From assembly GCA_964639185.1 (NCBI GenBank), contig CAZXCN010000001.1:38626-102625 (forward strand): a DNA stretch of 64,000 bases, written 5' to 3'. Made by a program: the position numbers and the translations under genes. Below are positions 56,815-64,000 of the stretch, one piece after another. This DNA is from an uncultured Candidatus Saccharibacteria bacterium (GTDB lineage: Bacteria; Patescibacteriota; Minisyncoccia; Phycocordibacterales; UBA9973). Positions within the stretch are counted from its first letter, which is position 1. Each line of letters starts with the position of its first letter. Under the pieces are notes generated by a model. It worked only from the letters and a program-made list of their open reading frames with translations. It ran no database searches and had not been told where the DNA came from.

Positions 56815-58515
56815 TTAGGCTTCGTAGAAGTCTACAACACTAGCCACTTCTTCGTACGATGTGATACCTGTTAGGATTTTTACCACACCATCTTCTTTCA
56901 TATTTAGTATGCCTTGGTTTGCGGCTACTTCACGGATCTCGCGTTCGCTTGGGTTTTTTGGGATGATGGCTTCTATGTTGGCATCATTTTGTATTGCTTC
57001 AAATAATCCCATACGGCCCTTGTATCCAGTATTGTTACATTGTTCGCAACCGGAAGCCTCGTATAATTTAATACCAGCTTCAATATCTACACCATAATCC
57101 TTTATATCTTTGTTATGAGTTTTAGCTTCGGCAATAATAGCATTTATTATTTTTAACTCTTCTTCGTTTACTTGTTTTTCCTTTTTGCAATTTACGCATA
57201 GCTTGCGTACAAGACGCTGAGCAATGGAGAGTGAAAGTGCAGAAACCAATATCTTTGGATTTACATCTAGGTCGATAAGGCGGGGGATCACACCAGCTGC
57301 ATTGTTGGTATGAAGGGTTGAGAACACTAGGTGGCCAGTAAGTGCTGATTCGACAGCTATCTTTGCTGTCTCTGCGTCACGGATTTCACCCACCATGATT
57401 ACATCTGGGTCTTGGCGTAGTGATGAACGTAAGCCTTCGAGGAATGTATAACCTTTTTCATCACTTGTTTGAGTTTGAGTAATACCAGGCAAGTGGTATT
57501 CGATAGGGTCTTCGATTGTGATGATTTTTATTTCAGTTGAATATATTCTTTGCAAGAATGCATAGAGTGTTGTTGTCTTACCACTACCTGTTGGACCAGT
57601 TAGGAGTATCATGCCATTTGGCTTTTTTATTTCACGCATGAATACTTCGTATAATTTGGGTTCGATACCCATATCCTCAAGTTTTACACGGATAGATTTT
57701 GGATTTAATATACGCATTACCACGCCCTCGCCATATGCACCAGGTATTAGTGATACACGCACACTTATTTCTTCCTCGTTAAGGATTATACTGAATCGTC
57801 CGTCTTGTGCTGTGCGTTCAGTACTTATCTTTACGCCTGATAATATTTTAATACGTGAATTTAGAAAGCGATGTATTTCATGAGGTATATCGATCACTTC
57901 TTGGAGTACACCATCGAGTCGGTATCGGAGTCTAACAGTAGCTTCCTCTGGTTCAAAGTGTATATCTGAAGCATCAATAGCAATAGCACCAGCTAGTATT
58001 ACTTCGAGTATGTGTGATGTAGTGTGAACTTTATCTTTCTCGACTTCTTCTATTTTTTTCTTTACATCGACTAAGCTTTTTATATCTTTACCTATCTCGC
58101 TTAGGACTTCACCAGATATGTCTATGCTACCAGCATGAGATTGTTCAGCATAAGACATTTCTTTGTACCTATCCCAAGCTTTAGTCAGGCTCGCAAGTGA
58201 AGCCATATAGAAGTGGGGAATAAAACCATGGTTTTTGAAATATTCAGTTAGTTTTGTTAAGTGTTCAGGTATGGGTGATCGTACTGCTACATGTAGTTCG
58301 TGCCCGAGCACCTTAAAAGGGGCTACTTGTTCTTCCAAAGCATCTTTTTCTTTCATTGCACGTAAAGCATCATTCTCTATTGGAAGGTTAGCTAGGTTGA
58401 TATGAGGGATATTGTACTTGCTTTCGGCAAGCATAGCCACTAACTCCTCCTCTTCATCTTTTCTTAAATCTTGAAGCTCTTTTTCACTCTTATCGTCATC
58501 AAATTGAATTGTCAT
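56815..58515 (-). CDS. pilB: Type IV pilus assembly ATPase PilB / GspE family
   Basis: ASDIHFEP, RYRLDGVL, AQDGRF, TGPTGSGKTTTLY, TIEDPIEY, LRQDPDVIMVGEIRD, TGHLVFSTLHTN, CxxC...CxxC, GYKGR. Confidence 0.88.
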   Translation of the reverse strand: MTIQFDDDKSEKELQDLRKDEEEELVAMLAESKYNIPHINLANLPIENDALRAMKEKDALEEQVAPFKVLGHELHVAVRSPIPEHLTKLTEYFKNHGFIPHFYMASLASLTKAWDRYKEMSYAEQSHAGSIDISGEVLSEIGKDIKSLVDVKKKIEEVEKDKVHTTSHILEVILAGAIAIDASDIHFEPEEATVRLRYRLDGVLQEVIDIPHEIHRFLNSRIKILSGVKISTERTAQDGRFSIILNEEEISVRVSLIPGAYGEGVVMRILNPKSIRVKLEDMGIEPKLYEVFMREIKKPNGMILLTGPTGSGKTTTLYAFLQRIYSTEIKIITIEDPIEYHLPGITQTQTSDEKGYTFLEGLRSSLRQDPDVIMVGEIRDAETAKIAVESALTGHLVFSTLHTNNAAGVIPRLIDLDVNPKILVSALSLSIAQRLVRKLCVNCKKEKQVNEEELKIINAIIAEAKTHNKDIKDYGVDIEAGIKLYEASGCEQCNNTGYKGRMGLFEAIQNDANIEAIIPKNPSEREIREVAANQGILNMKEDGVVKILTGITSYEEVASVVDFYEA

Positions 58516-58667
58516 AATGGCCTTATTATACAATATTATATTACTTTTTTAGTACTTGACAAATCCTGTAGATTTGATATAATGTAATAGAAAGTTATTC
58601 TATTATTTGTATTGGTGAAGACCACGATTTTTTCGCTGTTTTTGCCAATATAAATAACAGATTAATC

Positions 58668-59843
58668 ATGAAAACAAATAAGAAGATCTTTGCAATTATG
58701 GCGCTCGCCCTTATGGGGTTAGTAGCACCAACAAAACTCAAAGCACAAGACGCAAAAACAAAAGCTGATAATGGACAATGGTTCCATTTTGATTCTAAGG
58801 AGTACATTGTGATAATGGACGATGTTAATGACATTGCACTATTGTCTGACCAAGGTAACTTAGTTAATGGAAAATTATACAAGACTCGTTCTGGTATGAA
58901 ATTCTATACAAAGTACTCTGAGCAATGGAGAGCCAGAATGTTGGCTATCCTGACCAAAGTTACAGGAAGTCCCGTAACATCACTTGTAACTGGTTTTTCT
59001 GGAGCAAGTATTTTGCCCTGGGATCAAAACATTACTATTAAAACTAAAAACTACTACATAAATAATGGAGTAGAGGGTTTCAATAGAAACTTTACTGGTG
59101 GTACTGGAATTAGAACTGTAGTGGTCAATGGGTATCCTGTTTTAAAGGTTGCAGAACCTTGTTTTAACCCAAATGATCCAGAGGTTGAAAAAACAGAACC
59201 TGTTTTTGTAACTAAACCTAATGTTCCTAGCGCTGTTCCTCCACATGTTGTACCTGCTCCAAGAGATACTATAAAGCAAGTAGTACAACAAGTTTGTCCA
59301 TGTAGCACGTATGTTGCATGTACAAATTGTTTTGAAAGTTATCCTGTTAGTTCTGTGAGTGGACTATCCTTCAATCAATACTATCAGTTGAATTCCATGA
59401 GTCATGGTCAATTGCCAACAAGTAGTAATGATCGTTATGGTTCATTCCACGGTCCATATGGAAATATGTACACATCGATAGGCCAAACACCTGGGTATCA
59501 GAATGCAGTTTATTCTGCAACTTCTGGTCAACAGATGATATGGGCTTACGCAGGGTATTCTTCGCCACAATGTTGTGTTCAACAAGTGGCTGTGAATCCT
59601 TGCCCATGCGGACAAGCTATTCAACCTTGTCCATGTGCACAACAACCTGCACCTGCACCAGCATCTGCACCTACGGTTAAGCCAAAACGTAGATGTGGTG
59701 GATGGATTGTTGCTGGTGTTATTGCTACAGGAGTAATTGTGTATGCAATATTAACAGGTAAAAAAACAGATCAAAATTCTGGTGGACCTGGAACACAAGG
59801 TGGAGTTTTACCCACTGGTGGACCTGGAACACAAGGTGGCTAA
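58668..59843 (+). CDS. Secreted Cys-rich orphan protein with C-terminal TM and GGPGTQGG tandem repeat
   Basis: Signal peptide ending LKA-Q; CPC/CC clusters; TM near the C-terminus; 25-nt direct repeat at 59779/59815; promoter TTGACA-16-TATAAT from 58556. Confidence 0.75.
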   Translation: MKTNKKIFAIMALALMGLVAPTKLKAQDAKTKADNGQWFHFDSKEYIVIMDDVNDIALLSDQGNLVNGKLYKTRSGMKFYTKYSEQWRARMLAILTKVTGSPVTSLVTGFSGASILPWDQNITIKTKNYYINNGVEGFNRNFTGGTGIRTVVVNGYPVLKVAEPCFNPNDPEVEKTEPVFVTKPNVPSAVPPHVVPAPRDTIKQVVQQVCPCSTYVACTNCFESYPVSSVSGLSFNQYYQLNSMSHGQLPTSSNDRYGSFHGPYGNMYTSIGQTPGYQNAVYSATSGQQMIWAYAGYSSPQCCVQQVAVNPCPCGQAIQPCPCAQQPAPAPASAPTVKPKRRCGGWIVAGVIATGVIVYAILTGKKTDQNSGGPGTQGGVLPTGGPGTQGG

Positions 59844-59872
59844 CAGTAGTTAACTTTGAGTAAAAAATTTTC

Positions 59873-59917
59873 GGTGAAGCTTCGTCATGTATATGACAAA
59901 AGCTTCACCACTTTTTT
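59873..59917 (+). terminator. Intrinsic terminator
   Basis: GGTGAAGCTT-CGTCAT/ATGAC-AAGCTTCACC plus T-run. Confidence 0.6.
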
Positions 59918-59999
59918 AAGTCTTGAACCGAAAAGTCGTCGTGTTAAAGATTTAAAATTGTAAACCTATCCACCTTTGGTGGATTAATTAAAAAAAATT

Positions 60000-62594
60000 A
60001 TGAATAAAATTATTAAAAAAGTCGTATTTATTTTCGCATTCGCAATGCTGTTTACAGCACCGACTGCTTTTGCTGCACCTTTTAATACAGATCCACAAGA
60101 TTGTGCAACAGGAGCTATTGGTAATGCTACTACTAATACAGGAGTTCCTACTTCTTGGGCGATGAGTTGTCAGAATTGGAATTTAACAAGTGTTCCAGCT
60201 AGTGCTGGTGACACTATCAAGGTCCATGTTTATTTCCACAACACAAGTTCAAATCCTGCCACTAATGTAACAATTAGACTAAGTCAGTCACCTTCAAGTG
60301 GAGCTTCAAACAACTTTAACTTTGCTGGTGTTCTGGGTTCAGACCAAGGTTCAATACCATTTAACCTAAGTACTAATATTTCTACTTCTCAGACACTCAG
60401 TGTTGTAAGTGCAACATTAGCAAAAACTCAGGCAAATTTATCTAACCCAACATCTGTGTCAGCTTCACAAATAATGTCTAGTGGTCTAAATATTGGTACT
60501 GTTGGTACAGGCTGGGCAAACCAAGGTGACCTTGTTGTTACATTCCGTGTGGGTAATACTGTTGTAAACAACTGTACGCTTACCAGCTTTCAAGCAAATC
60601 CAACATCTATAAATTCAGGTGGCTCAACAACACTTTCTTGGACAAGCACTGGCTGTACATCGGTAACTATCCCAGGAGTTGGAACATTTACAAATACAAA
60701 TAGTAACACAACAGTGTCACCAAGTAACACGACGACATATTCAGCAACAGGTGGCCCAAGTGGTAACACTCTATCTACAACAGTATCAGTTAACTCTGTA
60801 TCTGCTTGTTACATCACATCATTCTCTGCATCACCTACATACATAAATTCTGGCCAATCAAGTACTCTATACTGGTCTACAACTGGTGCAACAAATGTGA
60901 CTATTAGTTCTCTTGGTACATTTGGCCCAACAGATAGCCGTGTGGTTTACCCAACAAGTACAACTACATATACACTAACAGCTAACTGTATTAACGGAAC
61001 AACAGCAGTGCAAACAGTAATAGTTACAGTAAATGGTAATAATAATGGAACTAATCCATCTGTTCGTACAGATTCACCAACAGGTGTTGATGAGGAGAGT
61101 GCTACACTTCGTGGATATGCCAATGGTAACGGTAGCTTGATCGATGCATGGCTCGAATTTCCATGTCGTGGTACACGGTATGATTATACGTATGGTGTAT
61201 CAAACACAAACTTGTCTTACAATATTTCTTCTTTGTCACCGAATACAACATACTATTATTGTGCAGCTGCGCAGAATTCATATTCCGGACAAATAATTCG
61301 TGGTAGGGAAGTTTCATTTAGAACTGATGACAACAACAATAATAATAATAACCTAGATGTAACTACAAATCCTGCAACAAGTATTGGCAAGACATATGCA
61401 ACAATCAATGGTTATGTAGATGGTAATGGTAATAGTACAACAACATGGTTCCGTTATGGTACAAGTACTGGAGCAATGACAATGTACACAAGTACAGTAA
61501 ACAATGGTAGTGGTGCAGGTAATACGTCTGCGTATCTTTCGAACCTCGCTCCTAACACAACATATTACTTCCAAGCAGTAGCAAATAATTCTGCAAGTGG
61601 AACTGTAAATGGAAATATAAAAAACTTTAACACAGATGCCTCTGTTATTAACAACAGTTCAACGAGCGTAGTCACAACTATTGCAACAAATGTATCAAGG
61701 AATAATGCAACATTAAATGGTATTTTGCTAGATACTTCGAATTTATCAACAAATGTTTATTTTGAATACGGTACTACTGTTAACTTGGGTGCCCGTACAA
61801 ATTCAAAGAACTTGGGTTCAGGAACTTCATTACCATTTAACGAATATATCTCGAACCTTGCTCCGAATACTATCTACTTCTTCCGCGCAATGGCAAATAA
61901 TAGTAACGGTACGGTAATGGGGAATATTGAAATATTCCGCACACCAGGTACAGCGGTAACACCAACACCACCAGTGAACCCACCGCAAGTTGACTCAAAA
62001 ATAATGTTAAAGATCGAGAACCGTTATCAGTTCGTATCAGTTGGTGACACTATCGACTATACAATTACTTATCAGAACATCAGTAAGACAAAGATCACAA
62101 AGCCACTATTGCAAGTAATAGTTCCACGTTATGTAGCATACTTGAATTCTTCACGCGGTACATTTGCAGTCGAGACAAACACACTCAATGTACAAGTAGA
62201 GGATTTGGCCCCAGGTGCAGGCGGAGTAGTATACCTACAAGGTCGTGTACTGTCACTGCCGGAGAATAATGCAGACATAGTAACAACAGCATACATTGCT
62301 TATACTAACGGATCAGGTGCGCAAGATTCTGCAATGGCATATGTACTGAACACTCCAAGAGCAGTCAACAACCTAACTGCATCAGCATTTGGTGCTGGGT
62401 TCTTCCCAAGTTCACTTTGTGGATGGTTGCTATGGGTTGTGATAATACTACTTATACTATGGGCATTACGTGAAATATTCCGTAGTCGTAATATGAGAAA
62501 TAATTATTATTACAATAATGCACAAGCAGTACCACCACGACCTATTAATGCAAACCCAGCACATACAGATTCGCAGGGTGTACCGCATACTTAA
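60000..62594 (+). CDS. Large Ser/Thr/Asn-rich surface protein (Ig-like repeats, three Fn3-like repeats, DUF11-like domain, C-terminal TM)
   Basis: Signal peptide; F.A.PT.INSG.S.TL.W twice; AT..G......F.YG.....L.PNT.Y.....A.N three times; VGDTIDYTITYQN; TM before the cytoplasmic tail. Confidence 0.8.
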   Translation: MNKIIKKVVFIFAFAMLFTAPTAFAAPFNTDPQDCATGAIGNATTNTGVPTSWAMSCQNWNLTSVPASAGDTIKVHVYFHNTSSNPATNVTIRLSQSPSSGASNNFNFAGVLGSDQGSIPFNLSTNISTSQTLSVVSATLAKTQANLSNPTSVSASQIMSSGLNIGTVGTGWANQGDLVVTFRVGNTVVNNCTLTSFQANPTSINSGGSTTLSWTSTGCTSVTIPGVGTFTNTNSNTTVSPSNTTTYSATGGPSGNTLSTTVSVNSVSACYITSFSASPTYINSGQSSTLYWSTTGATNVTISSLGTFGPTDSRVVYPTSTTTYTLTANCINGTTAVQTVIVTVNGNNNGTNPSVRTDSPTGVDEESATLRGYANGNGSLIDAWLEFPCRGTRYDYTYGVSNTNLSYNISSLSPNTTYYYCAAAQNSYSGQIIRGREVSFRTDDNNNNNNNLDVTTNPATSIGKTYATINGYVDGNGNSTTTWFRYGTSTGAMTMYTSTVNNGSGAGNTSAYLSNLAPNTTYYFQAVANNSASGTVNGNIKNFNTDASVINNSSTSVVTTIATNVSRNNATLNGILLDTSNLSTNVYFEYGTTVNLGARTNSKNLGSGTSLPFNEYISNLAPNTIYFFRAMANNSNGTVMGNIEIFRTPGTAVTPTPPVNPPQVDSKIMLKIENRYQFVSVGDTIDYTITYQNISKTKITKPLLQVIVPRYVAYLNSSRGTFAVETNTLNVQVEDLAPGAGGVVYLQGRVLSLPENNADIVTTAYIAYTNGSGAQDSAMAYVLNTPRAVNNLTASAFGAGFFPSSLCGWLLWVVIILLILWALREIFRSRNMRNNYYYNNAQAVPPRPINANPAHTDSQGVPHT

Positions 62595-62609
62595 TATCTC
62601 CGATGTAAG

Positions 62610-62648
62610 ATAAACAAAAACCCTCTTTTAAAGAGGGTTTTTGTTTAT
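62610..62648 (+). terminator. Intrinsic terminator
   Basis: ATAAACAAAAACCCTCTTT/AAAGAGGGTTTTTGTTTAT. Confidence 0.75.
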
Positions 62649-62704
62649 GTGTGTAAATATTGATTTGATGCATGTGTGTGGTAGTATTTAGAAAACAAAA
62701 AAAT

Positions 62705-63628
62705 ATGAAAAAGCAAATATATGTCCGAAAAATGGAACTAAAATCTTTTTTTGTTCCTGTGATTGTTTTGGCTGTTTTAATATTATTTATACCATTTCGT
62801 ATAGAACATCACACTTTAAAAACTACACAATATATTTTTGGTGGTTTAATGAGTGCTGTTTTTTTAATGCGTTTTGTTGATATAACAATGCCAAATCACC
62901 ACATAAATTTTAAGTTGATCGACTACATACTGACTCCAGTAATTCTTGTCCTTTCATTTTGCATATTAATACCTATTGGAATTATTGCAATTATTATTGG
63001 ATACTTCTTTCCTCGAAGCTGGACATTTGTTGGCTGGCTCGTATCTACTATTGTTCTTTTTACTATAGGAATAAGACTGAGGTATTCAGGCAAGATACCT
63101 AATTTTACTCAACGTAATTATATTATGATCGCGAACCATTCATCGTGGATTGATTATTTCTTGATAGTTCATATTATGGGCTTTCGTGGTAAATACAAAA
63201 TATTTTACGGTACAAATTTACGCAAATATAAAATCTGGAATCCATTTTTGGATAGACATGGTATTGGAGTAAATCGTAAGAGTAAAATATCTCAAGGACG
63301 TGCCCATTTGCAAATGGAAAAAGATTTGAAAGATGGATACTCTATTGCTATTTTCCCTGAAGGTACACGAATGCGCTCATACGAAAAGGAACAAAAATTA
63401 CTTCCTTTTAAAGAGGGTACATTTACTACCGCAGTCAAATTTAATCTAGAGATAGTACCAATTGTTTTTGATTGGCCGATACTTTATTCGGCTCCTGATA
63501 AACCTTGGTTATTATCACCACACACAATCAAAGCAACTGTGTTACCTCGCTTGGTAACAAATAATCATGATGCTGAAAAAGTTATGGAACATGCTCATAA
63601 AGTAATGCTTCATGAGCTAAAGAATTAA
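62705..63628 (+). CDS. Lysophospholipid acyltransferase (PlsC-like) with N-terminal TM segments
   Basis: IANHSSWIDY (HX4D), IFPEGTR, PFKEG.F, IVPI. Confidence 0.85.
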   Translation: MKKQIYVRKMELKSFFVPVIVLAVLILFIPFRIEHHTLKTTQYIFGGLMSAVFLMRFVDITMPNHHINFKLIDYILTPVILVLSFCILIPIGIIAIIIGYFFPRSWTFVGWLVSTIVLFTIGIRLRYSGKIPNFTQRNYIMIANHSSWIDYFLIVHIMGFRGKYKIFYGTNLRKYKIWNPFLDRHGIGVNRKSKISQGRAHLQMEKDLKDGYSIAIFPEGTRMRSYEKEQKLLPFKEGTFTTAVKFNLEIVPIVFDWPILYSAPDKPWLLSPHTIKATVLPRLVTNNHDAEKVMEHAHKVMLHELKN

Positions 63629-63644
63629 AATTATTTTTTGAATC

Positions 63645-63674
63645 AAAGGCAGGCCTACGGGACTGCCTTTTTTT
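63645..63674 (+). terminator. Intrinsic terminator
   Basis: AAAGGCAG/CTGCCTTT plus T-run. Confidence 0.65.
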
Positions 63675-63702
63675 ATACCTGAAATGCTATAATAGGGGGT
63701 AT

Positions 63703-64000
63703 ATGGCAAAAATGAAAGATAATAAAAAGAGGCTGGTATTACTGGATGTGCATGCCATTATTCACCGCGCCTATCATGCATTGCCTGACTTTATGGCAAG
63801 CTCTGGCGAGCCTACAGGGGCCTTGTATGGCCTGGCTACTATGCTTATGAAGATAGTCTCTGAATTGTCACCTGATTATATCGTGGCTTGCTATGACTTA
63901 CCAAAGAAGACTTTTCGCCACGAAGCTTATGATGCATACAAAGCCGGCCGAGCAAAGACCGATGATTCATTGGTTGCCCAGCTTATAAAATCCCGCGAAG
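63703..64000 (+). CDS. polA: DNA polymerase I, N-terminal 5'-3' exonuclease (3' truncated)
   Basis: Manual translation MAKMKDNKKRLVLLDVHAIIHRAYHALPDF...GEPTGALYG...D...TFRHEAYDAYKAGR. Confidence 0.88.
   Translation, partial: MAKMKDNKKRLVLLDVHAIIHRAYHALPDFMASSGEPTGALYGLATMLMKIVSELSPDYIVACYDLPKKTFRHEAYDAYKAGRAKTDDSLVAQLIKSRE

Noticed and set aside
61330-61352. AAC/AAT microsatellite as a phase-variation tract
   Set aside because: It is an in-frame mixed-codon poly-Asn linker, so slippage would not shift the frame.
272-61574. Numerous 60-200 aa ORFs antisense to or nested in confident genes (e.g. 2708-3163, 9511-9966, 15887-16384, 36942-37553, 39443-39913)
   Set aside because: Shadow ORFs of the coding strand, with no motifs or independent expression signals.
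1-64000. Alternative genetic code (UGA=Gly), rRNA or tRNA genes
   Set aside because: Conserved genes are full length under the standard code. No tRNA cloverleaf or rRNA-like segment was noticed by eye, and tRNAscan was not run.

Overview
AT-rich bacterial chromosome segment spanning the replication origin (jag-yidC-yidD-rnpA-rpmH <> dnaA-oriC-dnaN). The gene content (T4SS-like VirB4/PrgI/VirB6/pilin cluster without a relaxase, PilB, ComM, PaaX/Cas2-like protein, many orphans, start codons directly after -10 boxes) suggests a CPR/Patescibacteria (Parcubacteria-like) genome using the standard code. This is an inference, as no searches were run. Housekeeping genes: CCA-type enzyme (partial), xth, Xer recombinase, rpsO, pnp, uvrD/pcrA, rsmA, class A PBP, tyrS, ruvC, ruvB, polA (partial). 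The main features worth follow-up are these. (1) At 55.2-56.8 kb, a promoter- and terminator-bounded structured ncRNA candidate is followed by three 30-nt direct repeats with a covarying 18-bp palindrome, spaced 624/626 nt. They bracket a GNAT gene and a wHTH+Cas2-like gene. (2) An islet between rpsO/NYN and pnp couples threonine catabolism (tdh-kbl, yielding acetyl-CoA) with a GlmU-like acetyltransferase, glmS and a DinJ/YafQ toxin-antitoxin pair. (3) A chromosomal T4SS-like cluster includes a pilin-lysozyme-like fusion. (4) Further structured intergenic RNAs, an unannotated 58-aa hyper-acidic ORF and widespread apparently leaderless genes. No rRNA, tRNA or true CRISPR array was seen.
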